From NCBI RefSeq assembly GCF_964355755.1, contig NC_092675.1, forward strand, positions 1 through 64,000: a DNA stretch of 64,000 nucleotides, given 5' to 3'. The translations under genes and the position numbers were made by a program. The first letter of the stretch is position 1. Each line of letters opens with the position of its first letter. The stretch is from Antedon mediterranea (lineage: Eukaryota > Animalia > Echinodermata). The notes under the pieces are model-generated. The model was not told the DNA's origin. It did no database searches and saw only the letters and a program-made list of their open reading frames with translations. Below, piece by piece: positions 25,033 through 39,600 of the stretch.

Positions 25033-28000
25033 TTACTTAATTGCAATTTGGTTGTCTGTCTCCAGCATTGCATTCTTGATATGGTTTCGCACCGGTTTCT
25101 GAAACAAAATAAAAGTTTAATCTATTTTACTTTACTATTGAATACTATAGAATTCATTATTACAAACAATTTGGCATGCCACCTTTATTCATCACAGATG
25201 GATATAAAAAATGAAAACAAATTAAAACTGGAACTTCTTCGAAAACAAGATACGAATAAGTAACAAAATTTTCAATACAGTCAACTCTCCCAATACCAGA
25301 CTCTCTGAAAACCGGAAACTCTCCCAAAACCAGACTTTTTTAAATTTTTTTTAGTTGCTCAAAAGTTAACATAAGTGCTCTCGTGCATCTAGTTCCTTCC
25401 AGTTGCGTTTAGCTCCATGTTGACACAAGCTCACCTTAAAATCCCCCAGTATATTGTTTTTATTCCTGTTATATTAACTGGAATGTTTACCTTAGCGGGT
25501 GGAGAAGCCAATATAGCTTCATCATTGAGTGGCGATGGAATTTGTTCAAAATCAACAAGTGGTTTTCTTTGATACTGCCTCCTATGCATATGGTCAACCT
25601 GACTGAGGTAGTATGTTCCAGGGCAAAGGTCATTTATTGAACCTTCTGGTGTGTAATTACCTGAAATGATTTAAATATTTCATTTTTGGAAATTTAAATT
25701 ACTCATAAAAATAACACAAACATTGCTCATACATGATATAAATGTACAATCTGAAAGTTATTATTCAGAAAAAATAGTTCAATAAATCTCACTTCTTGTG
25801 CAGATTTTTCTTTCTATACCTTCCATGCTCTACAAATATTATATTAATTCATAAGAATTAAATCTTTATAATTTACATTTCCTTGATTACTTTGTTTATA
25901 CTTTAATTTATTGCTTGAATTTAATCGGGTCGGGTCAGTTTTATATAAATATTACACAAAATAAATTGTATATCTTACACAAATGGTGAGTGCGCTCTCT
26001 ATGGTCCATTAATGTAGTGAATTCCTCAGCACTAACACATGTTCTATTGTTTAGCCTATCTTGAAGATCATCTAAACTAGTCTTTAACGTATACAGTTTT
26101 GAGCCATCAGAAGCATCTGAGGTAACCTTGATGGAAAACATGGCTGCCGCTAGACCAGACCCATATGAAAACAAGCCAATCCTCTTGTTTACTAGATCAG
26201 CCAATGAAGTACTGTAAACATACAGTCGAATAATATAGGTTTTAGTAAAAATTCATTTATGTTAAGCTCTGTATACACTATCAAACCTAAACTCAATGTG
26301 ACTAAAAAATATATTAGTGTATATTGCTTGAAAGATTTTTACATTTTGGTGTGTATATGTGAAGCACATAAAAGCAAAATGTAATTTAAATGCAGCTTAA
26401 GAATTCCTGGTCCTCTAGTATACCAACATCTTTCTCTGTTCCAAGGTGTAGAGGTTCCCACAATTTGAATTATATAATGATACAGTACATAGGAAATTAT
26501 ATTTTAAAATGTTAAAAAAGCACATACCTTGCTAAAACTGATGCTAAGCCCCCATACAGTGAAGGTGTATACATATTCCCTACATTATTTGCTATAAGCA
26601 GAGATGACTTGGTTTTGGTTTCAAATTGTTCTTTACTGCACTTCATACAAGCTTTCTCAATATCTTTATTGTGGAATGTGTCCTCAAGATTTACACCTCT
26701 AAAAGAAATATATAAAGACATTTTAATCTGGCTGTGTTAGTTGTATATATGTTTGATTTCTAATACATGATAGATGATTTTAAGGGGCCTCTGGGTCAGT
26801 AAGTCTACTGTATACAACTTAATCCATGGATTTCTGATTTCCAGACAATTCAGAAAACAGCCTCTAGTTATTTTTACATTCAGTGATGATGTGATTGCAT
26901 TTATTGTACAGTATCTCTGTTTACTTTTAGAATTTTAAATGAAAATAATGTACCTGTATTCACTAAGACCAGCATAACGGCTTCCATCATTGGTGTCCGG
27001 GTTCAAATCTTGTAGGAAGTCATTGAAAATTAATCTTGCTACAGATTTCTGCACTAGTTTACAATATGGTGTATGGAAGCACATAAAATCAAAATGATCT
27101 AAAGAGATAGCTTCTTTCAAACAACCTACAGAACAATTTAACAAATATTGGACACACATGATCAATTAAATATTTAAAATAAAGAAAGTCGGGAAAAAAT
27201 TTTCAATTTTAATTAAATAACCCTGTGTTTCAACCTTCAACCAATTGATGTACAGTACCATCAAACACCTAGTCAAGTGCTACTTAATGTGTGGTTTTTA
27301 CTAGAGACGCAACACAATGATGAACTATTTGAAATGTCGCTTGTCATTGGTCAATTGCATTGTGTCTACATCCTTGTGTTGCATCCCAACCACTCCCTGA
27401 AACCATAAACTACAGTATCATCAATTAAAGACTATCCTCTCTCTGTGGTCAAGTAACTACAAACTATCTTGTGTCTACATTCTTGTGTTGCATCCCAACC
27501 ACTCCCTGAAACCATAAACTACAGTATCATCAATTGAAGACTATCCTGTCTCTGTGGTCAAGTAACTACAAACTATCTTCAAACTATGTCCTGATATATT
27601 CTCTCTCGTCGTTCTACTCATATCTGAGTACTCGTGACCATTTTGATGAGGTGTCTCCATTCTTGCCGATCTTGAGCTTCATTGTAGCAACTGATTATTG
27701 ATCGGTTTGTAGCACCACTTATACCATCAATATATTAAACTTTAATAAAAGGGCATGATAGTGAAGACGTGAGCTGGCATTTATCAATCTTTGTTCAAGT
27801 CAAGAATATTAAGCAGTGCCTAACATTGGGACTTTATTAACCCTTTCACTGCGGAGCATTATTCCTACCTCTGTGCGTAATATATATTTAAGAAAAACAT
27901 TTGATATTTTAATAAATTGCAAAAAAATACTAATTGAGATAATTGTGTAATTATTTTTGTGGTGTGTGATTGTCAAAGGGTTAGTCTACAGTTAGGTATA

Positions 28001-30927
28001 AAAAAAAAGAGTAATTTGCATATTGATGACGTCATTACAGGTATTTTGGATTTCTTGTTTTTTATCGAATCAATGATAAAAACTATATTTTTTATAAGAA
28101 TTCTTATGGAATACGTTTTTCCAACTGGATATTGATGAAGATACGTATAACAAATAAAAATATAAAAAAAAATTGAATTATTTTGATTGTTTTATAAAAA
28201 TTATGCACAAATCAAAGTTTTGGGGCAAAATCGTGAAAATAATGACAGTTTCCAAAAATTCACTATAGTACAAAATCTAACTATTGTTTCAGAATTTTTT
28301 TTTTGGGTGTTGTGATAAACACGATGTTGCCCTATTGGGGCTGGTAAATTTTTGTTACTTTCAAAATTGCCGCCATTACGCTACTCAAAACAACTTTCCA
28401 AGATAGAAATACTATTATATATACTATACTATATATAATTAATTAATTAATTAACTATAGAGGGCGCATTATTTTCAAGACGATAATACAACTATAGAGG
28501 GCCGTTTTTTTTGCTGGAAAATTTTTTTAATGACTTGCAAAAATATTCAAGTTCATCGAAAGAATATAGAGGGTGCTATATATTATAGGCAAATACGATT
28601 AAATAATTGTTTTGCCCATACCCGGTATTACCGGTATTACCGGGTATACGTATTTCAACGACGTTTGTTTATACCCGGTAGTACCGGGTATACGCAGAGA
28701 AGGGGTTAAGCAAACTGATAAACATTAAATAATAAATTCAGCCCCTGGATAAAGAACGACGTATACTTCGTTTTGTTGACTTACTTTTCTTTACTTTATC
28801 ACTGTAACATTTATAACATTTATCTAGAGCACCAAGGTAGCATTGCACTGATAGTTTTCCGTCGACTACTGGATATTCTGATTCTAAATTTGGCTTGAAA
28901 AAATCATACACATGTTCCATATGAATACCACGATGACCTATAGTAAAGAATGTCAAAATAAATGCATGTAAACTAGCACAACCAGCATGTTTTACCCAAC
29001 AAACTAGGTTCTGAATTTGAGGTATGACATGCCATGTGTGACAAAATGTTTTTTATTTTTTACAAATTTCAAGTAAAATCTCCGCTACAGATTAGTAAAC
29101 TTATCAATCTGTGGGCCAAAATAGTGGTCATTTTTTAACCAAAATGATTATTTTTTAATATTTATTTACAAATATCGTATTTGTCTGGGTCTCCCGAAAC
29201 ACAGATATGACCATCCTGCCATGGGTTTCTCATGTAGCTACAACCTTACTTAACCTAACCTTAATATTTCTAATTAATGAGTAAATTATAAATCCTTCAA
29301 ATGAAAGTCTTCTGACTGACCATACAGTAATTGTGTAAAGATTAGAAAGAAACTTAAATTTGTTTTATTCACCTCTTTCAAAGATTAGAGGTGCATTTTC
29401 ACCTATCAACATTGCCAGAGCGCCACCACCACCAGTTGGTCTAGCATTGCCTTTGGCATACACTGCAATATCTCCAGTTACCACCATTGCATAACGACCT
29501 AAAATGGGTGAAATATCACATTTGGAAAAAATCATTAGCCACTTTTTAAAAACATTTTTAGAAAGCAAGCGTTCTATGGTTTACTAACAGCCACATTAAT
29601 TTGCATAATGAAATTTGAATTACAGTCTATGATACCTGTACCAAGATCCGTATGACGGTCAACTATCTAGTACATTATTAATATTGTACTAAAATTTCTT
29701 TCGTACCAATATACATAACACTGGTCTATCTGAAGAGAGATAGAAGATTATGACCATCCTGAAAGGAAATCATCAGGAAAGCAAACATTTTTAAGATCAT
29801 CGGCAAACAGCAAACTAATGGTTAGAAAGGAAGGTCATTGATCAAAATAAGCATAATTGATGATACAAAATTAATAATTTTATTATAAACTAGAGGGTAC
29901 TCTGAGAGTACAAACCTCCGCCTACTGTAAAATTCCCCTACATAAAATGTCCCCGGAAAATATATATATATTTTTTTTTAAAGTGTAAATAGGCTAACTG
30001 CACACTAAAAAGTTGTGGATGAGAGTTTGGTGTAATGGTTATGTATCCAGCCTCTCACAGTTGAGATCGCTGGTTCAAGTCCCACTGAGGTCTTTTTTTT
30101 TATTATTTTTTTTTTATTTCTTTTTTTTTTGTGGAGCTTTATCTTTGACCCTGACCCTTCAAAATTTAACCACAATTATATGATGAGTCATTGATCATTG
30201 TGGCTAAGTTTGGTGAGAATCGGATAAAAACTGTGGTCACTAGGCAGTAACATAATTTTTTGTTAGTTGTGACCTTGACCTATGACCTTTTCACCTCAAA
30301 TTCGAACTCATCCGAGCTTTTGGGGCATAGATCATTGTGGCCAAATTTGGTGAGAATCGGATAAAAACTGTGGCCTCCAGGCTGTTCACAGACACACAAA
30401 CACACACACACACACAAACAAACATACAGGGGTGAAAACATAACCTCCTTGGCGGAGGTAATAATGTAATACTAACCATCCCATGAGCTAGATTCAATCC
30501 AGTTGATAGAATTGAAGAGGGCTGATGTACCACCAAAACAAGCGTTCAAAGTATCTACACCTTCCAGATCACTGTTTCCAGACTTTTTGAATAATTGCAT
30601 TAAAACAGTCTTTACGCTTTTAGATTTGTCAATAATAGTTTCTGTTCCCACTTCTAGCCTGCCTATAGTATTATATGAAAGTTGATTGCGTTCCATCAGA
30701 CGCTGAACGACTGTTAAACATAGTGAATTAATGTCCTCTCTGTCGGTACAAAATCCCATTTTAGATTGGCCTAATCCAATTGTATATTTCCCGGTTGATA
30801 CTCCATCAGAAACTTCAAGATCCCTCTGGTCTACATACTGTGCAGGGAAATACACTTCCATTGCTATAATACCCACATCATTTGGCCAGTGAGATTTCCT
30901 ATTTAACATTGTTGTATTATTTGCCAT
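25033..30927 (-). CDS. HMGCS1: Hydroxymethylglutaryl-CoA synthase (cytosolic type), 513 aa, 8 coding exons
   Basis: Exons 30927-30477, 29498-29373, 28937-28785, 27125-26954, 26698-26528, 26211-25979, 25660-25491, 25098-25033 join in frame across GT-AG introns. Motifs: [40 protein letters not shown] (catalytic Cys), [44 protein letters not shown]. The last exon is the least certain. Confidence 0.96.
27360..27579. repeat. Local direct duplication, ~109 bp x2
   Basis: TTGTGTCTACAT.CTTGTGTTGCATCCCAACC...AAACTATCT occurs twice in tandem. Confidence 0.85.
27841..28705. mobile_element. Non-autonomous piggyBac-like DNA transposon
   Basis: TTAA|CCCTTTCACTGCG ... CGCAGAGAAGGGG|TTAA: TTAA duplication and CCC..GGG termini. 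Subterminal repeat ATACCCGGTA.TACCGG near the right end. Confidence 0.8.
29890..30464 (-). mobile_element. Second, unrelated non-autonomous Helentron/DINE-1-like element in HMGCS coding intron 1
   Basis: On the - strand: head TTATTACCTCCGCCAAGGAGG, (GT/GTTT)n microsatellite, internal direct repeats, tail GGCGGAGGT + hairpin GTACTCTCAGAGTAC + CTAG. Confidence 0.8.
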
Positions 30928-33186
30928 TTTCCTGACAAAAAAAAAAGAATTGATTGTGATGCAATGCTGTGTAAAATGTGGTAATAGACACCAGCTGTCA
31001 AAACACCCGTTAATGTAGAACCACTAATGTAGTAAAACCTCTAGCTAATGTAGAAACACCAATAGCTTATTAAACATCAGCTAATATAGAACGTTCAACA
31101 GCTAATGTAGTAACTGTAATGGAAATAGCCTCACAGATACTGTTACTATTGCCAGCAAATGTAGAAAATATTATACAGTATATTTTACAAACGTTTATCA
31201 GTATATCACCACTCGCAACAACTGACTTTAAAAAACCACATCCCTACATTTTATTAAATATTAGCAATTGTAACAGAACAGGCCTAGTTATAAGTTACTT
31301 TGACAGAAAATGATGATTTAATAATATTAACGACCCACCATCACCACTGCACACAGTGGATGAATGTTTTTAAATTGGTTAAGTTTAAGAGGTGCAAAAG
31401 TGCATTTTCTTGCAGGGAGGCTCCCGGGAGGGTAAGGAAATGCGATATTATATTTAATTTTGAATCATTCTTAAGCTCAGTTCCCACGATCGGTTTTTTT
31501 CTTCCGTCTTCCAAAGGGACACTGTATTGATTGATGGAAAGTGCCTGTTTCCAGTCACCTTTAGGGTCAAATCTATTATTTTAACTGCTCCCTTGTGTAT
31601 AAAAGAGAGAAAATAGTGACTTATAAGTTTTAGTGCATGTCCTATTATTAACGAAACTGACACCAGTTTTTTACACCAATAGCCAATCAGATGGGCAGGA
31701 ATTTGGCTTGGTAGGGATCAACATCTGAATATTGTAGCAGAGAGATATAATATAGTTCACTATATATCTTTTGATTATAGATACCTGAAATAACTTTAGT
31801 TAGGAGTTGAATGGAATACAAAGATTATAAAGTGTTATTAAAAGTCCTAATATATTATATATTTATATATAATTATAGATAAAATTATTATATTTTTCTA
31901 TGTCTTCTACTTCCAGTTCCTTTATTAAATCATGGTATGCTCCATGGGATTTTCGCCGCTATATCCATGGTTTCACCCACACACTGCGTTTCTTTTGCAA
32001 TCGTTTTTTTCTTCTGCTTGCGTTTATTTAGTTCTCTTACCATATACAAAATGATCAAAACTTTCGAAAGTAACACTAAATCCATTTCGATTTGTATTAA
32101 GAATATACAATATCACAATTGAATTCTAAATGATAAATAGAATAGCAAAGCAGAGAGCAGAGAAAGTATTTACACAATGGTTGACAAGGTCAATCCTTGA
32201 ATACCTACAATATACAAAGATTGTCCCTAAATTGCAAGCTTATGAAATTCTATTCAAAAAGTAGGTCATTAGTGACCAAGTGAAGAAATGACTGTGGGAT
32301 TGCAACACTCCTCTCCTGATGTCCTATCAATCAATACAAGTCCCTTTGGAAGACGGAAGAACAAACCCGATGGTGGGAACTGAGCTTTAGAAATCACTAT
32401 AAAAATATGGGTGTGCATGATTTCACAATCTGTCGAAAAAAACTTGCGCAATTTGCAGATTACTTGCGCAATTTAATACGTTGCTTGCGCAATTTGAAAC
32501 ACATGTTTTAATTCAAATTGCGCAAGGATTTTTTTGCGCAATTTGAAATTGCGCAAGAAAATTCTTGCGCAATTTCAAATTACGCAAATCGTTCAAATCG
32601 CGCATAACATTAATATTAAATGAAGGTGGCGTAAAGCTTAAAAAAAACCATCACATTTTGTCATTTGGTAACTGTATATCTGTGTTTACTATTGCATTTT
32701 TTTGGCAAAGAGAGAAATTGAAATTGAGTCCTTTTTTTTAGCATAAATGAATTATTTGGTTTTTTTTTTTATTTTATTTTATTGTATTTGGTATAGCCTA
32801 GCTAGGCCTAGCCTAGAAAAATAATGTTTGGTGAACAGTTGTAAACCCAATTCGTTTTCGTGGACCCAATCGTCTTCCCTTTATTTTTATAATGGGTCCG
32901 ATCGTCTAATTATATTGGGCCCGAACGTAAACACAGTTGAGCCCGAACATCCCCCACAAAGTTAGGCCCGCCGAACGTCCGCACGCGTTTGTACCCGATC
33001 GTCTGACCCCGATGATGGCCTGTCAATCCTAACTAGGGCTAGTTAGCTACTATCTAGTAGGCCCTACTAGGCCTAGGTAGGCCTAGCTTAACTAGCTAGA
33101 GCTAAGCCTACTACTACTAGGCCTAGCTAGGCCCGGCCCTATAATAGGGCCTAACCAAATTAAGATTTTATTATCATTTATCTTAC

Positions 33187-33691
33187 AATATTATTTTCTG
33201 AAGAATTGTTTGTAGGCTATGCTTAGAATAGAAGGTAATCTGTCTAGTTACCAAAACATCCCACGTTTTCCGATGAGCGACCTCTACGTCGTACATATCT
33301 CCTTATTATCATGTGATTTCACATCACGTGAGTTTCAGAACCAGTTTCGATAACGCTTGTGTTATAACCAATTTGATTGGACAATACAATACAGAGGAAA
33401 ATAATATATGTCATTTGTTTTCTATTGTACAAGCTTTGTATATTAAATTGAAATAGTAGGTTTTATGATCAAAACTTTAAGTTTCATTGTTTTTATTACT
33501 GTGTAAATATATATTGTTATAATAGATCCGTTTCTGTCTAAACACACCTTCAAATATTTCTACCAATCACAATACGTTTAACTGATTGTTGTTGCTGATA
33601 CACACTCGCACGTGATTCCCTGTGGTTGAGTTGTTGGATTCATTGTGTTGAATTTATTGTGTTTGATTAGGTTGTTGAAGTAGGACCAATC
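33187..33691. promoter_or_regulatory. Candidate bidirectional promoter shared by HMGCS (-) and prosaposin (+)
   Basis: The HMGCS ATG exon is preceded by an acceptor (30932-30933). A - strand donor TATT|GTAAGA lies at 33187/33186 and the PSAP ATG at 33692. Between them: ATCATGTGAT (33308-33317), ATCACGTGAG (33323-33332), CCAAT (33368), ATTGG (33376), CCAAT (33563), GCACGTGAT (33608-33616). Confidence 0.6.
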
Positions 33692-36600
33692 ATGAAATTC
33701 TTCATATTTACTGTCTTTATTGCAGCAGGTAAGAGTACTGTTCTACTGAATTGATAAAGTTGATTGATAAGTAAAATTAGCTTATAGCCTACATCTTCTA
33801 CTAGGTAGGCCTACTAAAATAATAATTAATATTAATAATTTAGTTAACTTACTAAAAAACTAGCCTAGCCTATTTAGTAGTAATCAACAGTATGCAAATG
33901 TTAATAATATGGACACCTGTGCTGTGTGTGGGGTCATGCCATAATGTCAAAAAGGGTGTGGTATTGGATGTTTATAAAGTGATACATAATTTAAATCTGT
34001 ACAAATGAATGATTATCATGCATCGATCGGCACAAACTCAAATCCCCCTCACTCGCCCCATCCTGACTCTCACTCGACTCATAATAATGACTTTTTCCGA
34101 ATGGGTGGAGAACCAGCAATATGATTGGTCTCAGTTAATAAAATTGCTCCTACTTACAAATACATTTTTGCAGTATACATCATATGCCTATATAAATTAA
34201 ACATTTTGGGAGTTTACGAATGTTGACGCATTTTAACTTAAGATAAGATAAGATAACTTTTATTGATTGATCCTCTAAAAGGAAATTCATTGCTCGTCAT
34301 AAAAAAGTATACACAATATAAATACAATAAAAGGATAGAACAACCATTCATAAAAAAACAAAAAGTATAATTATTTGGAAATGCCGAAAAAATACAAAAT
34401 AAGTTCAGTTATTATCTTCTTGACTTCCTGTTGTACTGGATGATACCGGAGGGGATAAAGGATTATCACAAAATACCACGGGCAATCTGCATTTCGATCT
34501 TTATCAGATGTGCGTCGCACATTTTAGGCGTGGGTTTGAAAATGTTTTTATCCTAAACCAAAATTTCGGAAGATTTTGTTAATAATATTCAGAAGATTTT
34601 GTTAATATTCGGGAGATTTGATTAAAATTTGGGAGGCCTCCCAGAGAAATTGGTAGAGTTGGTCATCTAAGAGTTAATTGTCTTTCTTTATTAGTATTAT
34701 ATTTTACTGGATATTATGCACATTCAATTCAATTCAATATAGCGGTGCAAAGTACTTTAGCGCTAGTACTCGTTTGATAATAAATGCAAAAGCTTAACCA
34801 ATTTGATATTATAATTGGTTTCGGAGGTGAAAATTCCAGTTTGATACCTGTAAATACCAGTAAACTGGTTGTATCTTTAACTTTGACATTAGTGAGAATC
34901 AACTGGACTAATTTAAAATACCAATTGGAATTTTTGGTTTTTGTAAACAGATTTAACACAATTTTAATAAAATTTCAACAAACTATCAATGATCAGGCCA
35001 CATAATATTAATCTTCTGTACATACTATATTAAGCATGTTCATAGTTTTAAATGGTGACAATCAATACCTATAGATGTTCTTTAAAACAGCACTGTATTA
35101 AATACTGTAGAATAGAACATTACTCAATTCTTAACAGGAGACAGACTTAATTTAAGTCATGCCAAAACATAACAACCAAAATCACATGATTGTTGATTTC
35201 GCCGATATTCGATTGATAATATGTAGCACAGAGTATTTTAATCCACCTTATCTACAGTACTTTAAACATACCAGGGACCTAAAACTGATTTTTGGATGCT
35301 ACTGATATAGATAAGTAGATTAAAAGGTTACAAACTTTTCTTAATTAGTCTGTACTGCACGGTTTGATTCTGTACTACTGTAAACTTAATGCCATTCTTT
35401 AGAGAAAACAAATTGTACTGTATGTGAATTAAATATTATAGTAAGAGAGGATAGCAACCAACCGGGAAAACATATGCGGGACTGTTTACACGGTTCATCC
35501 CGGGTCGACTTGATGGTGAATATATTCCGCATCACTTACCCGAATGGTTCAGCGACTCGGGTAACTTTTTATGTCGTTTACACCGGCCTGTATTTCTGTG
35601 TCCCATGTATGACTCAGTTTAGACAATTCCGGATCAACTCTAAATTTTTTTTTCTTTGATTGTATTTGAAGCTGCTGCTGTGAAGTTTGATTCATCTCGA
35701 TGCGCACATGGCCCCGAGTATTGGTGTATGACCAGGTACACTGCTCAACAATGTGGAGCTATCCAATACTGTACAGATAATGCATGGCCTAAAGTCTCTC
35801 TGACTAATGTGAGTATACTTCACCAACAGAGTGGGGAATAGGGTGTTGTTTCACCTGCCCAGGGACACCCCACATTCCTTTGAAAACTATAAAATATGTG
35901 TGTAACTGCGCTAAGGCTGCGTTATAGGAGTATCGCCCGTATTCTTAAACCGGACTTTAGTCGTAGTTCAAAGTTCGACTTGAAAAAGTCGTAGTTCGAG
36001 CTATTACTTCAAATTCGATTCAAAAACGAAGTAGTCGAAGTTTGCAGTTCGACTTAATGAAGTCGAGCTTTTAGTCGAGTTGCACACGTCTGGGTAACAA
36101 AGGCTAAACATTGGCCAATGACAAGAGAGTATTTGAGGAGCAGACGAAATTTTGCGCATTGATATCACTTTCCATTTTCTTACAAAACTTTTTACGCATC
36201 AGGACTATATACATGAAAAATAATTTTAATCGTTAATTATTAGAACAAGATCAGTATTAATTTAACAGTGAAGTACTTTTGATTAACAACCAACAAAATC
36301 TTCAAAATATATTTAGGAACCATGGCGGTACAGTAACTTTCATATTTTCTAGGCCTCCAACAAATTATGATCGCGACAAACCACGCACTTCCTAGCGTGA
36401 CAAGAAAGCGCTAGGCCCCCTAAACATTCCATCGCGTGGTGAATTGCCGCATCTCCCATTGTCGCTATGGCGTGACGTAGCTCAAGTCGGACTTGCGCGA
36501 AGAAAATAATGTAATTTGTATACAGTTGTAAATAAAGATGTTTTTCATTATTATAACTTATACCAATGTATATTTAATTAAGCTAATATAAATATAGATA

Positions 36601-39600
36601 TTTCATTCTTCAATATCTGGCCAATATAACAACTCAATGACTGTTACGTTTTTTATAAACATCGTTTAAAAACCATTTAGTTGACCATTTAGCCTGCCCC
36701 CTCCAGGACTAAAAAAATCGATCAAAATCCGTCTCGATTTAGTAGAGGTTGGCCTGAATTAGTCGGTGATTTAGTTGAAGTTCGGTTTATGAATTAAAAT
36801 GACGTCATTTTTTTAGTTTTAGCTCGAACTACGACTAAAGTCCGGTTTAAGAATACGGGCGTCAGTTTCTATTCATGTTTGATCCACAAATAACCAGGTT
36901 AATAATATTATTAAGCGCTTCGAGGCTTGTGCATGAACTGCTATATAAGAATGACATTATTTTATTATTACATTTACATTATTATTTTTTTCTAGGATGT
37001 CTGTACAGATTGCAAGAACTTTGTTGGCGACATTCAGAATATGTTAGAAAATACAACAGTACAGGTATTAGGGGTTAGGGTTAGGGTGATCATAATTTAT
37101 GATTTAAGGTTTACACAACCTTGTTTGATAACATGATATTTAATGGTATGTATCTCCTGATTTTGAGTGGCTGATACAATTAATTTGAAGTAATTATGCA
37201 TGTTATTTATTATATACTATTTCATCGTATTATTTATTAATTGGTTTTTTTTTTCAGACTGAGATTCTCAATGAAATAAAGATGATATGTGCTGATTTAG
37301 GCCCATATGCTGATGAATGTAGTAGCCTTGTAGACCAATATGGAACTATAGTAATCAGTCTCTTAGTGTCTGAGTTGGTATGTAAATTTTAAAATGGTTA
37401 TGAAATGAAAATTTTGACATTATCTAGAATGTTGGATAAAAAAGATTTAGGTTTGTGATGATGAGTTTTTGGCAGAAATGGAAATAAGTGGGACAAAATT
37501 TAGGAGAGATCCCACGTCTATCAACCTAATCAAAATTGTTTAATCTGAAGGCAGGTAGATAGATGTTAACGAGATAGGAGGTAATCCCCTACTACTATTT
37601 TGTGAAAACTCCCCATGTGTACACAGTTATACTGTGTACACTGGACCTACGGTTTATAGCCAAGAAGAGTTGTTCCACCACCAGAACTAGGAGCGAGTCG
37701 GCCTCAAACTCATGCTGATATTGTTGGCTCTTTAGGTACATCCAACTACGCCCATGCCTTAAGTGCTCGGCCATATGACAGGTTACTGTAGATATCTACA
37801 GTATGTTTATGCTATTATTTGACATGTTTATTGTACTGAATATTATAAGGAAAGAAAGAAACATTAAACTTAAGGAAGTAAACTCAAAAGCAAATATATC
37901 CCCAAATGTATTCACATTTCACATCCGGTACTTTTCTGATGCAATAATATTCAATTTTAGAACCCAGCAAGCGTTTGTGGAACTGTTGGTTTCTGTAGTG
38001 GCAAATATCTAAAAGCAGTAAGTTTTTATGGTATTATTTCATTTCATTTATTTAGTCAATTTAAAAACATGATAAAACAATGCAAATAAACATAACCCAT
38101 TAACATTTTATAGAGACTATAAACTAGGAACTGAAAGTATTTTACATTTAAATTTCCTTGTTGTTTTAGTTGTTAACAAGGTCCGGCCCTGAGGAAAATA
38201 ATGTTTACAGTATATTGCACAATGTTACATAATGCTTTATTGCAAGCATGTCAAGTTTGAATCGTTTAGTTTATTATTTTCTTTCTGTTTCTCATTTACT
38301 TTATTGCAAGCATGTCAAGTTTAGATCGTTTAGTTTATTATTTTCTTTCTGTTTCTCATTTACCTTTTGTATCAATCAAATGTTAGATTTAAGTATGGTT
38401 TTTATTAATATTTAATTCATTGTATGTTGTTGACTACAGGGCAGTAACCTTTGCAGCGACTGCGAAGCATTCTTTGGCGATGTACAGGGACTTTTGAAAA
38501 ATACCACTATTCAGGTAAAACTACACTTACAATGTATCAAATACAATTACTGGTATATACTGATTTCAACCGGTATTTAAAATGGTGTAAGAAAATATAA
38601 CATGAAATAAACACTTGTTGTTAGTAGAGAATTGTAGGCTATATTTTGATACAATACAACACTATAGATGCATTTTTATATTTATTCTCTGTACCTCTCT
38701 TTAATTTTCTGGAATTACTAGAACACTGTAAATGAATTTTTATACCAGCATTTAGTAATGTAATGTTGTATGTTATTTAAATGAGCACAGTATAATTTGT
38801 GTAGTAAACACAATATGTACATTATTCATTCAATTTCCTGGTACAATAAGGAAACTACATACTAATTTTTTTGATATGCAATGAAACCATTACCACATGG
38901 TATTATATTCTTTCAAATTAAACAAGTGCTACTTGAAACAATAAAAATGATATATTATATCTCCTTTTATACTTGATAAACTCTGAAATAAAAGAAGTGA
39001 AACAAGTTGGTTTCCAAAAATTACTGTAAATGGTGCCCCTTATGACCTTACTGGATTAAAGGGTAAAAATAGGCTTATTATAGAGAGGAAATAATAGATA
39101 CTGTAGGGGCTGGGACAAGAAGTTACGGGAAATCTACCTCTGATATACATTATATTTATAAAATATAATAGTGGAAATCAATAAATTAGTATTCAACATT
39201 GTAGCTAATGGTAAAATGCTATTATTAAGCTGAATTTTACATTAATAATCGCCACCCTTGTAATATAACCTAACCCTCATTAATCATGAAAGAATATGGC
39301 AACCAACAAAATAGAACATTGAGTGCATTGTCTTTCATAAAATGATTTCAATTTGTTACTGAAATTTATTTATTACCATGCACATGTTTTACTCATGGAT
39401 AAGGACAATTTGTCAATTATCCTATGTCTTGAAAATTAGCCTACAGTACAACTACATCCATTGTGTAAAAATAAATATATAATATTTATTTTAAGAAAAT
39501 AAGATGCATAAACATCTATATTTTTGTTTTATTTAGCAAGAAATCGACAACTTTATTTTAACAACATGTCAACAGCTAGGCATCAAAGCAGCAGACTGCA

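Noticed and set aside
32440-33010. Clusters of TTGCGCAA palindromes (32440-32605) and CCCGA(A/T)CGT motifs (32860-33010)
   Set aside because: They look like subterminal repeats of decayed DNA transposons, but I could not find matching ends or TSDs.
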